A DNA stretch of 64,000 nt from Malacoraja senta (lineage: Eukaryota): NCBI GenBank assembly GCA_038087875.1, contig CM075996.1, forward strand, positions 5,644,001-5,708,000, read 5' to 3'. The number at the start of each line of letters is the position of its first letter. Position 1 is the first letter of the stretch. Under the pieces are notes generated by a model that was given only the letters and a program-made list of their open reading frames with translations, was not told the DNA's origin and made no database searches. The position numbers and the translations under genes were made by a program. Of this stretch, positions 52,257 to 64,000 are shown piece after piece.

Positions 52257-52342
52257 CCATTGCCGTGCCAGGTCCAGCAAGCTCTGCCTCGTGGTACCCG
52301 GAAGGATTGTACCGTCCAGTGGAGGAGTGAGCAATTCAACCT
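52257..52342 (-). CDS. BCAT2: BCAT2 exon 8 ([27 protein letters not shown])
   Basis: 86 nt, AG/GT-bounded. Confidence 0.96.
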
Positions 52343-53258
52343 CTGGAGGAGGAAGCCTAGAATTACTCAACAAGAAACCAAAACATCATCACCTCTAGCC
52401 GGGCATACCTCCCCAACCATTCGCTTAACAGGGATGAACGACAGCTTTGGGAACTGACACACTTAAAATCCACAACCTGTTATCTACAAGTGCAGATGAA
52501 AAGGCAGACCCTGCATGGGAGAGGCAAGTAGGATGGAGGGAATGTAGGAGGGAGAGAATTAGGCCAGGGCTCTACACTACAGGAGGGAGGTAAGGCAGGT
52601 CAGGCTTCACAGTGAGTGAGAGACAGGCAAGGAAGACCGCACAGGACATGCAGGAGAATCAGTTCCTGGCCACATACTGCAGGATGGAGACAGGGCAGGG
52701 CCAGGTCTCAGCACACGGGAAAGGAAAACAGCCTGGTTCCACAGGGCTGGAGAGATACATAGGCCGTGCCAGGCTTCACAATGAGGGAGAGGCAGATGGG
52801 CCAGACCAGACAGGGAAGGAGAATCGGCGGTAGGTGGGAGACAGGCCAGGGCTCACAGTGCAGGGGAGAGGCAGCTTTGGCCCCACAGGGATGGAGAGGC
52901 AGGCAATACATGCCAGGCCTTGCAGTAAGGGGGAGAGAGGTAGACCTGGCCACACAGGTCAGGAGGGGGCAACAGGTCAGCACCTGGACTGCAAGAGGGG
53001 CAGAGGCCAGGCCTGGTCTCACAGTGAAGGAGAGATATGCAAGTAATGCTCACAGGACAACAAAGGCAGGAAGACACAAGAGGAATGCAACAGGAGGAAG
53101 ACAAGATTAAAATAATCTGGAACTGTGGCCATTAGGCTTGTAAAGTGTGGGCTTGGAAGGTGTATATAAAAGCAGCAGTGTGTATGAGTGCATTGGATAA
53201 GGGCTTGCACTGATACTAGCGGGCTGGCTGTGCAGCTGGCATTGCCTGCAATACTCAC

Positions 53259-53401
53259 CACCTTGCTCGTTCTTCCAATAGATGAAGATGTTCATGGTCC
53301 CCACTTCTGTGATCGCATGATCGTCTCCATAGAGCCACAGCACCTGCTGGCAGCCTTGCTTCTGAGCTTCATTCTGAACATAGATCGTGGGGCCGTAATT
53401 T
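53259..53401 (-). CDS. BCAT2: BCAT2 exon 7 (NYGPTIYVQ...TEVGTMNIF)
   Basis: 143 nt, AG/GT-bounded. Confidence 0.96.
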
Positions 53402-55111
53402 CTACACGGCAAGGAAGTGAGAGGAGAATTCAGTCCGATTTTACACAAAATAACCTTTAGTGTAGTTTAGTGTAGAGATACAGCGCGGAAACAGTCCCTT
53501 CGGCCCACTGAGTCAGCGCCAACCAGTGATCCCTGCACACTAACACTATCCTACACACACTAGGGACAATTTACAATTATACCAAGCCAATCAGCCTACA
53601 AACCTGTACGTCTTTGGAGTGCGGTAGAGTTGCTGCCTTACAGATTGCGGGCGCTTGTCTGTACGGAGTTTGTACGTTCCCCGCCAGGGTTTTCTCCGAG
53701 ATCTTCAGTTTCCTGCCACAATCCAGACATACAGGTATGTAGGTAATTTGGCTTGTTGTTTGTGTAAATTGTCCCTAGTGTGTGTGGGATAGTGTTAATG
53801 TGTGGGGATCGTTAGTTGGTGCGGACTCAGTGGGCCGAAGGGCCTGTTTCCTCGCTGTATCTCTAAACTAAACTAATGTTCAGTGGCTGCACCACGTAGA
53901 AAGGGTTGAGATATGTGGGGTAATGGGATCATATTGCGTGCACTAATAACAAGGGAAGCAAATATAAGGTTGACAAGGTCAGAGAAAATTATCTGCTTCA
54001 ATGGAATCCATCTGAATTCTGTGATATCTTGATTGAAGCAGTTACACTGTCTTTTATTTATTTCAACTGCACACTTTTGTTTTAGTTTTTAGTTTTAAAG
54101 ATACAGCAACGGAAACAGGACCGGGTCCGTGCCAATTAGAGATCCCCTACACTAGCGCTATCCTACATACTAGGGACAATTTGCAATTTTACTGAAGTCA
54201 ATTAACCTACAAACCAGTACGTCTTTGGAGAGTGGTAGGAAGCTGGGACTCCCGGAGAAAACCAATGCAAGTCACGAGGAGAACCTACAAACTCCATGAT
54301 CCAGTAGTCAGGATCATACCCAGGAAACCGGAGCACCCGGAGAAAACCCACGCAGGTCACGGGGAGAACGTTCAAACTCCGTACAGACAAGCACCCGTAG
54401 TCAGGATGGAACCCGGGTCTCTGGCGCTGTAAGGCAACAACTCTACCGCTGCTCCACCGTGCTGCCTTTAACCTAATGATTCTCTTGTACATCATTCTAG
54501 ACACTGCCTGACGAGGATCTTGCACTGGAGATTTACAAAACTGGGATAATTTAAGCACAAGCAAGTTAATAATTTAAATGAATGTGCTAAGTCCTCAAAT
54601 TGCCCTCCCGTGCTGCTTGGATAGATTTTTTGCTGATTGGATAGCACGCAACAAACATGCTTTTCACTGTACCTCGGTACATGTGACAATAATAATAAGC
54701 TAAACTAAACTAAATTCCACTCATCACAAGTCATTTTGGTCACAACACATCCCGACACACCCAAAATGTTGGAATATCTCAGTGGGTCAGGCAACATCTC
54801 TGGAGAAAACAGGTCACGTTTTGGGTCAAGACCCTTCTACAGACCGAGAGTCAGGGGAAAGGGAAACTATTGGGACAAAGAGGTTTAGAACAAAATCCGA
54901 GCCGGCACTGATGACCAAGGGAAGGTGGAGCCCACAATGGTCCATTGTTGGCTGTGGGAGATGCTTTTCACGGCCCAGTGCTGGGAGTTTCCGATCCCGA
55001 TGCTCCAGTGCTGTGGGTTCCCAATCCCCATGGCCCAGTGCCAGAAACCCCCTGATTTTGACATTAAAGTGTCATCTGAACATGGACCTTGTTGGTTTTG
55101 AGCTCACTCAC

Positions 55112-55275
55112 CCTCCCATTTTGCAGTCACCCACGCCTCCTTTCCAAGCACGCACAAACTTTGGATCAGCAAGCAGCGAGACGGGGTTGAAACCTCCTGT
55201 CGCAAAATAGGGTCCAACGGGCCCAATGATAACAAAGAGTAGGGCGTGGTTAGTCCGAGACACTCCGAGAGAAGG
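55112..55275 (-). CDS. BCAT2: BCAT2 exon 6 (PSLGVS...GVGDCKMGG), contains the PLP lysine
   Basis: 164 nt, AG/GT-bounded. Confidence 0.96.
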
Positions 55276-55508
55276 CTGGGGAGAGAAAGCAAATGTGCAA
55301 CGGTGAATGTTTGGTCCACACCGGTTGCTTCTTACCGAGCGTTTAACTGGCACCACTTGCTGTGGTACAAACTGTCCCATCTTCTCAAAGGAAAGCTAAA
55401 TAACCCAGTGATCAGCACAATATCTGGGGGCAGAATCCGCAGAATGGGCGGCCACAGTGGTGCAGCGGTAGAGTTGCTGCCTTACAGATTGCAGGCGCTT
55501 GTCTGTAC

Positions 55509-55853
55509 GGACGACAGATGGCGCAATGGGCTAAGTGTTCGGCTGGCAACCGGAAGGTAGCCGGTTCAAATCCCGCTTGGAGTGCATACTGTCGTTGTGT
55601 CCTTGGGAAAGACACTTCACCCACCTTTGCCTGCGTGTGAATGCGTGTGAATGTGTGTGAGTGATTGGTGGTGGTCGGAGGGGACGTAGGCGCAAATTAG
55701 CAGCCACGCTTCCGTCAGTCTGCCCCAGGGCAGCTGTGGCTACAGAAGTAGCTCACCACCACCGAGTGTGACTGAGGAGTGAATGAATAATGCGATGTAA
55801 AGCGCCTTGAGTATTAGAAAGGCGCTATATAAATCCCATCCATTATTATTATT
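55509..55853 (+). mobile_element. CORE-type SINE with L2-like tail
   Basis: tRNA head, CORE-like gtgtccttggg.aagacactt, and tgtaaagcg...aggcgctatataaat(ATT)n tail. Confidence 0.8.
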
Positions 55854-56702
55854 ACGGAGTTTGTACGTTCCCCACCAGGGTTTTCTCTGAGATCTTCAGT
55901 TTCCTGCCACAATCCAGACATACAGGTATGTAGGTAATTTGGCTTGTTGTTTGTGTAAATTGTCCCTAGTGTGTGTGGGATAGTGTTAATGTGTGGGGAT
56001 CGCTAGTTGGTGCGGACTCAGTGGGCCGAAGGGCCCGTTTCCTCGCTGTATCTCTAAACTAAACTAATGTTCAGTGGCTGCACCACGTAGAAAGGGTTGA
56101 GATATGTGGGGGAATGGGATCATATTGCGTGCACTAATAACAAGGGAAGCAAATATAAAGTTGACAAGGTCAGAGAAAATTATCTGCTTCAATGGAATCC
56201 ATCTGAATTCTGTGATATCTTGATTGAAGCAGTTACACTGTCTTTTATTTATTTCAACTGCACACTTTTGTTTTAGTTTTTAGTTTTAGAGATACAGCAA
56301 CGGAAACAGGACCGAGTCCGTGCCAATTAGAGATCCCCTACACTAGCGCTAAGCGACTTTGAGTCCTGAAAAGCGCTATATAAATAAAATCTATTATTAT
56401 TATTATTATTATCCTACACACTAGGGACAATTTGCAATTTTACTGAAGTCAATTAACCTACAAACCAGTACGTCTTTGGAGAGTGGTAGGAAGCTGGAAC
56501 TCCCGGAGAAAACCAATGCAAGTCACGATGAGAACCTACAAACTCCATGATCCTGTAGTCAGGATCATACCCAGGTTGCTGGCGCTGTAAGGCAGCAACT
56601 CTACCACTGATGGTGGTTTAATACATTTTTGTTTAAATAAGCAACTGGCAGGCAAATCTCTTAACACACACGGCACCGACATGCCAAACGGAGGCCTCCT
56701 AC

Positions 56703-56822
56703 CTCAGTGCCAATGAAGGTGGGTCGGATGTAGAGACTTGCTTTATCAGAATAAGGGACCCATTCTCTGTCAACTTCAATCAGTTTTCGAATACACTCCG
56801 CCAACTCTCCTTTGTCAAATTC
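56703..56822 (-). CDS. BCAT2: BCAT2 exon 5 ([11 protein letters not shown]...[12 protein letters not shown])
   Basis: 120 nt, AG/GT-bounded. Confidence 0.95.
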
Positions 56823-57853
56823 CTATAAACACAGGCAAATAGGCAGCAATTCCCAGAAGTTCTGGCAAACGTTTCATTTTCTTCTATTTATCTATTTATC
56901 TATTTATTTTATTTTATTCTATTTTGTTTATTTAAAAAAAAAAATTATTAGAAGCAAATGTACAAAAATAGAACCAACGGCATATGAAATAATACAGTTA
57001 TTGTACAGCTTTAATTTTAACTTGTAGCTATAGTTGGAAGAAAAGAAAGGAGAAAAAGCAAGAAAGAGAAAAAGCGAGATGTGCAAAGATAGAACCCCCT
57101 AGACTACCAAAGTGGAGTAGCCAAAGAGTGAGTAAATGAAAGAAAGAAGAGAGGGATAGAAAAAATAAGAAAAATAAAAGGACAAAAAGAGAAAGAAAGA
57201 AAAAAGTGGTGATATACCTGCCTCACATCCCTCCCCACCCACCTCACCCAACCCGTAATTAGATTTAAATCCAAAGTTGTGTTGTACCATACTATCCTTG
57301 TAATAAATCAATGAATGGTATCCATGTCTTCGAAAAACGATCTGGTTTTTCTGCCGACAAGTCTAATATTTTCAAGATGTAGCGTCTCGGACATGTAAGA
57401 AAGTTTCATGTTCTAAAGGGCAGCAAAGGGTGTTGCATTGCAATAAAAATGTCAAATTATACCATGAGCAGCTTCAAACACATGGTGACAAAGAGGACAC
57501 AATGATGCAACCTGCTGGAAATGGAAATTCAGCAGGTGGGGCAATAGAGAGCTGTGATTTGAATGAAGTGGCTTTGTCACTTTTGAGTTTGTGTAGTTGA
57601 ACCAGGTAGGATTTGGCAAACAAACCAGCAGGGTTTTAATTGAATGTATTATTTAAATAGTGACATCTTGGACAATGCGACACACTCTCGGTACTGGATT
57701 GAATGTCCTAGCGTGGGAGCGGAACACTGGAACATCGCTCTCCACATCCGGCCTCGTAACTGACCACGTCATCCCTTGCGAGCACTTTGAGTTGTTGCGT
57801 ATCTTTGTTTTACTCTCTTCAACGAGGAGAATGTAAGCGAGTGCCCAACGTAC

Positions 57854-57964
57854 CGGCAGACAGGCTCTGACCGCTGACCGGTGCATCCGCTCCATGTTCA
57901 AGTCCGGTCGGAACATGCGAATCTTGTTGTCCACACCACGGAAAGCCTTCATGCCTTCAAACAG
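57854..57964 (-). CDS. BCAT2: BCAT2 exon 4 (LFEGMKAF...RACLP)
   Basis: 111 nt, AG/GT-bounded. Confidence 0.96.
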
Positions 57965-58245
57965 CTGTTGGGGGAAAACGGGAGAAGAAAAAATGTTTTG
58001 TCTTCAAATTGTCCCACGTGCCACGCAGCCCCCCACCCCACACATTCGATGACAAAAGGACACTTTCATCAACCATTCCTTCCATCCTCACCAAACCTCC
58101 CTCCAGGACCAACATCCAAAGTGGGGTTGATTGGTGTAGGTTTAATGGAGCCGATGTCAGGACATCTAACCCTTGTGTATAAGGGTTCACAATGCATCTG
58201 CTGGCCAATTTTTTCAACTGATTGTGTAAGATACAGCATGGAAAC

Positions 58246-58596
58246 AATAATAATAATAATAATGGATGGGATTTATATAGCGCCTTTCTAATACTTAAGG
58301 CGCTTTACATCGCATTATTCATTCACTCCTCAGTCACACTCGGTGGTGGTGAGCTACTTCTGTAGCCACAGCTGCCCTGGGGCAGACTGACGGAAGCGTG
58401 GCTGCTAATCTGCGCCTACGGCCCCTCCGACCACCACCAATCACTCACACACATTCACACGCATTCACACGCAGGCAAAGGTGGGTGAAGTGTCTTGCCC
58501 AAGGACACAACGACAGTATGCACTCCAAGCGGGATTCGAACCGGCTACCTTCCGGTTGCCAGCCGAACACTTAGCCCATTGCGCCATCTGTCGTCC
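58246..58596 (-). mobile_element. Second copy of the CORE-type SINE
   Basis: Near-identical reverse complement of 55509-55853. Confidence 0.8.
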
Positions 58597-59192
58597 ACCC
58601 GCATACACTAACACTATCCTACACACTAGGGACAATTTACAATTATAACCTAAGCCAATTAATTTACAAATCTGTACGTCTTTGGAGTGTGGGAGGAAAC
58701 CGGAGCACGTGGTCACGGGGAGAACATACAAACTCCATGCAGACAGCACCTGTACTCAGGATCAAACCCAGGATTCTGGCTCTGTAAGGCAGCAACTCTA
58801 CCGCTGCACCACTGTGCCACCCCAAAGTTCTGACACAGAAAGGAATGAATGGTTGTGGATGGAATAAATGAGGAGTGGGATTTCCGAATCATGGTTCAGA
58901 GAACTGCAGGATGCCATGGGATGGGTGAGTTCAGTCAGGTTTATGGTTACATGTACCGAGGTTCAGTGAAAAGCTTTTGTTGCATGCTGTCCAGTCAGCA
59001 GAATACACTCGAGCCATTTACAGTGTACAGATACATGATGAGGGAATAACGTTTAGTGCAAGGTAAAGCCAGCAAAGTCAGATCAAGGATAGTCCGAGGG
59101 TCACCAATGAGGTAGATAGTAGTTCAGCACTGAGGCATTGGCCCTGGTGTTTGAAAGTATTAATTCTTGGATCTTGTAAGGAAATTGGTTAC

Positions 59193-59393
59193 CTCTATAG
59201 AGTAGTGCAGAACTGAAGATGCAGGATGAACAGAGAGGTTCTGCAGAGGTTTAATATGGGGTTTGCTCCAGCCCTTCTCTGCGTCCCATTCCACTGTCAA
59301 CATATGGTCTGAAAACGACTTGCCGAACACCAGGGTGTTGATGTCGGGCTTCTCTCTGGGTTGTTTAGTGAGTTCAATCTGCAAATCAGCAGC
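59193..59393 (-). CDS. BCAT2: BCAT2 exon 3 (AADLQIE...LHYSIE)
   Basis: 201 nt, contains LVFGK.F.DHML. Confidence 0.96.
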
Positions 59394-61006
59394 CTGTTCA
59401 AACCAGGAAGACAAAGAGTATTGTGTTATTGAAGACAACTGCATGTCATAATGACCAGTGCAGCATCAACTCTGCCTAGTATACCCGTGATTCCCTTTCC
59501 TCTGCTGGTGAAAGGTCATCAAACTCGAACATAGACTCTACACATAAGGCCATAAGTGATAGGAGCAGAATTAGGCCATTAGGCCCATCAAGTCTATTCC
59601 GCCATTCAATCATGCCTGATCTATCTCTCCCTCCTAAACCCATTCCCCTGTCTTCTTCCCATAACCCTGACCCCTTAGCTTTTCCATTTCCCAAAACGTT
59701 CTCTAGAGATGCTGCATGAACCACTGAGTTACTCCAGCACTTTGGATCTATTTTTGTATTCTGATCTGATCTGCTGTGTATACCTAGCATTTTCTGTTTA
59801 TATTTCCAATATTAGAGATTGTTTTTGTATAATATTAGTTGTCTGGCAAGCATGCTCTGCTCCTTTGCGACTTCATATCCTATTTTGTGAATAACATTGT
59901 GGACCATCATCTTCTCAAATGTTTTCATTTTTCCACCAGTTTCCTTTCCCAATGCCATGACCACCTCTGAATAGTCTTCCCACTAATTTCTCGCCAGTGC
60001 GAGGAAACTGGAGCTTGGGTCCTGGGCTTGGCTTCTTTCCAAACGTTTCTAGCTCCGCTAATCACTCCTTGCTGATCCTTACCTCCCCTAAGGATCTCTG
60101 ACTGGCCATTGAAGCCATACAAGGTATTCCTGGATTTGTCTCCAGAACAGTTTAGGTGAAGATGCTGAAGGTAAGGAGGTGATGTGGACCTTTCTTCCAT
60201 TCATTCTGAATCAGAACCTGACTGTTACATTCCCCAGATAGACACAAAATGCTGGAGTAACTCAGAGGGACAGGCAACATCTCTGGAGAGAAGGAATGGG
60301 TGACGTTTCGGGTTGAGACTCTTCTTCAGACTGGGAGTCAAGGGAAAGGGAAACAAGAGATATAGACGGCGATATAAAGAAATATAGAACAAAGAAATGA
60401 AAGATATGCAAAAAAGTAATGATGATAAAGGAAACAGGCCATTGTTTATCATCGTTATATCACCCTTATCATCATTACTTTTTTGCATATCGTTTATTTA
60501 TTGTTCTTTATCTCTCTACATCATCGTCTATATCTCTTGTTTCCCTTAACTCGAACCAATCTGAAGAAGGGACACAACCCGAAACGTCACCCATTCCTTC
60601 TCACCAGAGATGCTGCCTGTCCTGCTGAGTTACTCCAGCAATTCGTGTCTATCTTTATCTTCAATAGATGCTCAATCACATAGCTGGATCACTTCAAACC
60701 TGATCCTCTGCATACATCGTATCCTTCAGTAGGAAGGTGATCAAGGGCATGGATGTGGGTGATTGACCCTGGCACTCCAAGCCCCCTGATGCTGTCAAGG
60801 GTGATATTAGCAAACACTGCACCAAGCAGGGCCACAACCTAGGTTTTTTACCAGGAGAATAACTGTGGTACATCACTGTGTGTTTAGCCTGTAAGGTGGC
60901 CATGTGTTGCCACCTGCACTATATTGAGAACAAGCTGTAAATATCGCAAAGCTACAAGAACCAGTGGCAAGGTACCGTTAAAACACAATGCAACATTTTA
61001 GGTCAC

Positions 61007-61081
61007 CTTAAATGCCGTGCAAACAGATCTCCGGGATCCATTGGATAAACGATGAGGATGGGTCAACTGCCTCAGCAAAAC
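61007..61081 (-). CDS. BCAT2: BCAT2 exon 2, mitochondrial transit peptide-like (VLLRQLTHPHRLSNGSRRSVCTAFK)
   Basis: 75 nt, AG/GT-bounded, Arg-rich with no acidic residues, ends FK as in human BCAT2. Exon 1 was not located. Confidence 0.85.
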
Positions 61082-61939
61082 CTGCAAAAGAGAAAATTGA
61101 CATGAGATTAATTTGGGTGAAACAGTGCCACAGGTGGTAGAGCTGCTGCTTCACAGCTTGAGAGAGCTGGGTTCAATCCTGACGTCAAGTGCTGTCTGTG
61201 TAGAGTTCGCAAGTTTTCCCTGAGTGTGTAGGCTTTCTCCCACATGCCAAATACATATGGGTTTATAGGTTAATTGGCCTCTGTAAATTGACCCTAGTGT
61301 GTGGGGAGTGGATGAGAAAGTGGGATAACATACAACGAGTGTGATCGATGGTCAGCGTGGACTCCGTGGGCCGAAGGGCCTATTTCCATGCTGTTTCTAA
61401 AACTAAAAACAAAATATGAAGTTACTGCTGAATGAGAAAACTGCACTGAAAACTGCTCTCAATTTTCAGGCATTTCTACGCAAGCTCTATTAATTGCCAT
61501 TTAAATAATCACCAAACGGCTAATAGTTCCCCAAAAAAATTCTTTAACCTGATTTGTGCTGTCAGCCCAGCTACAACAGATTACATATTTTAACAGTTAA
61601 ATAGTTATAGGTTTATCTTATTTATCTGAATGAGTAACGTCTGACTAATTGTAAGACTGTGGCAAGCCTAAAAACTAAGCTAAAATGATGTGTTCAGTTC
61701 GGATACAGACTGAAAGAAACAGTGAGTTCTTAATGTTGAAGAATTCTCTGTTGAGCACTGCAGACTGCAACATATGCAGATGTAAGATGGTGGTGAATCT
61801 GTGGAATTCATTACCACAGATGGCTGTGGAGGCCAAGTCAATGGATATTTTTAATGCGGTGATTGACAGATTCTTGATTAGTAAGGGTGTCGGGGTTATG
61901 GGGCAAAGGCAGGAGAATGGGGTTGAGAGGGAAAGATAG

Positions 61940-62262
61940 ATACGATACGATAGAACTTCATTTATCCCAGGAGGGAAATTGGTCTGCCAACAGTCATAAA
62001 ACAGAACAAGATACATGAAATTAAAGTGATGAGTGGAAAGCCCAGGATTTGGGATGTGCAAAGATTGGGGGCGGGGGGGAGAGGAGTCAGTCTACCCCAT
62101 GACAGAAGGGGGAAGAGCTGTACAGTTTGATAGCCACAGGGAAGAAGGATCCCCTGTGGTGTTCTGTGCTGCATCTTGGTGGAACCAGTCTGTTGCTGAA
62201 GGTGTTTCTCAGGTAGACCAGTTTGTCACGGAGGGGATGAGCTGTATTGTCCAAGATGCTCC
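61940..62262 (-). mobile_element. Rex1-like LINE 3' fragment
   Basis: Peptide includes CSTEHHRGSFFPVAIKLY; (TATCG)n tail. Confidence 0.7.
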
Positions 62263-62409
62263 AGCCATGATTGAATGGCAGAGTACACTTGATGGGCCAA
62301 ATGGCCTAATTCTGCTCCTGGAACTTATGAATGATGTCAAACTTGCAGCGGGCGCCACTATAACAGTGCAGGAGGTCACGGACAGACGCGATGGTGAATT
62401 AAAGCCGTC

Positions 62410-62740
62410 GTCAATGAGAAGCTGTGGGTCACTCCTGTGAACCAAGTGCACTGGCATCGCAAAGAAACCATTCAGCCTGCATTTGATTTCCCCTCCGTGG
62501 AGAAGGTCACAATGCGACCAAATGCAGCACACAAGACTGGAAGTGCAGGTGAATTGCTGCTTCACCTGGAAAGATACTTTTGTGTTCCTGTACAGGGGTG
62601 AAAGGATATACATGGAGAAGTCCCATAAGATGGTGATTGAGGGGCATAGATCCAGGGAATGGCAAAGCCAGCTTACGGTATCTGACTCTTTCATTCTGTA
62701 AGGTCAGAACTGCTCCTTTCTGCTCCTCATCACTTCGCAG
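62410..62740 (-). mobile_element. Degenerate Penelope-like GIY-YIG fragment
   Basis: FQVKQQFTCTSSLVCCI...CDLLHGGE.KCRL resembles the PLE endonuclease. Confidence 0.6.
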
Positions 62741-64000
62741 ATACACACAAAATGCTGGAGTAGCTCAGCGGGACAGGCAGCATCTCTGGATGGAAGGAAT
62801 GGGTGATGTCACGGATCCATGTTCTCCAGCGATGCTGCCTAATCCGCTGACTTACTCCAGAACTTTGTGCCTACCTTTGGTACAAACCAACATCTGCGGT
62901 TCCTTGTTTCTGCACAGTCTATTACAGGTTACAACTTATTTTTCAGAATGCGCCAATCAAGGCAATAGTTATTGGTCACCCCAATCTGCCTTTTTATCTT
63001 GCACTAAATGTTATTCCCTTTAGAAATGTATCTGTACACTGTTTGCAATCATTTATAGTCTTTCCGCTGACTGGTTAGCACGCAACAAAAGATTTTCACT
63101 GTACCTCGATACACATGACAATAAACTGAGCTAAACTACCCCACAGGATGCCCTGTCAGCATTGAGGACGGAGATGTCCTTGCTCCTCCTTCTCATGTTA
63201 ACAACTATTTTATTAATAGACATGCAGTGGATATCAGTCCTAGATTCACTGAAGCACTTGTTATATTTCTTTTAGTCTGTCTGGGAAACAAGGTGAAATC
63301 CGAATGAACAGATGTGATCTTCCTGCGAGTCTAGCAAAGAAACCACTGAGTATGTGTAGGAAGGAACTGCAGATGCTAGTTTACTCTGAAGATAGACACA
63401 AAATGCTGGAGTAACTCAGCGGGACAGGCAGCATCTCTGGATAGAAGGAATGGGTGACGTTTCGGGTTGAGACCCTTCTTTAGACTTCTCGACCCGAATC
63501 ACCTATTCCTTCAATCCAGAGATGCTGCCTGTTCCTCTGCGTGTTCCTCTATCTTCAAAGAAACCAACTGATTCACCTACATAAGGACAAAAATCCTCAG
63601 ATCCACTCCCTAAATGCAGTCTTGAACCTGAAATGTTAGGCGTTTCCCCACAGATACCGACTGACTTGCCGTGTATTTCCAGCATTTCCTGTTTTTATTT
63701 AGGATAAACCCAGTTTTGTACAATGCAAACTTCAATTGAATTGTGTTATTCACATCAAGTATTGGTATCCGTGCACTATATCTGGCGATAATACTCCCAT
63801 TCCCACATTTTTGGGAATTTGGGACTGGTTCGCACGCAACTAAAGCCCCTGTCCCACTTACGTGTCCTTGGCACGCTAATTACGCAACCTCGTGGTCGCG
63901 TTGAGGCGCGACGGTCCCGTGAAGGTCGCGCGCGACTTCATGCGCACGCACAGCCGTCTGGAGCGCGTGACGTCATTTGAAGATGGACACAAAATGCAGG

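Larger units (their letters stand above)
53621..56574 (+). repeat. About 700-bp direct duplication (53621-54323 vs 55465-56574) flanking BCAT2 exon 6
   Basis: Shared non-repeat core: 53878-54078 matches 56069-56270. Confidence 0.9.

Noticed and set aside
63844..64000. CpG-rich end with TGACGTCA as the BCAT2 promoter
   Set aside because: It starts with the same CCTGTCCCACTT Harbinger TIR, so it is transposon sequence, and no exon 1 was identified.

Overview
Repeat-dense vertebrate DNA, most likely a cartilaginous fish such as a skate or ray (inferred from HE1/V-SINE, CR1 and Penelope-derived repeats). Genes were recovered by reading splice sites by hand. (1) + strand: seven 3' coding exons of a TEAD gene with TEAD2-diagnostic residues (178-12107). 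(2) - strand: a compact multi-exon gene with a signal peptide and a last exon encoding ...KRR-LNRSVRQRLPYIL-KR-QLNSKTRWPYTL..., i.e. a neurotensin/neuromedin N-like precursor (16340-28009). This is the main find: it sits between TEAD2 and CD37 and is largely invisible in the ORF track. (3) An intact tRNA-Thr(TGT) gene inside one of its introns. (4) - strand: the last exon of tetraspanin CD37, next to a 200-N gap. (5) - strand: BCAT2 exons 2-11 (46789-61081). The rest is mobile and repetitive DNA: a young CR1 with an open 887-aa ORF, L2, Rex1, L1-like and Penelope fragments, many hammerhead-motif repeats, Harbinger MITEs, a Helitron, a deleted Gypsy-type LTR element, teleost-type CORE-SINEs and minisatellites. 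Protein comparisons are from memory of the human sequences, not from database searches.
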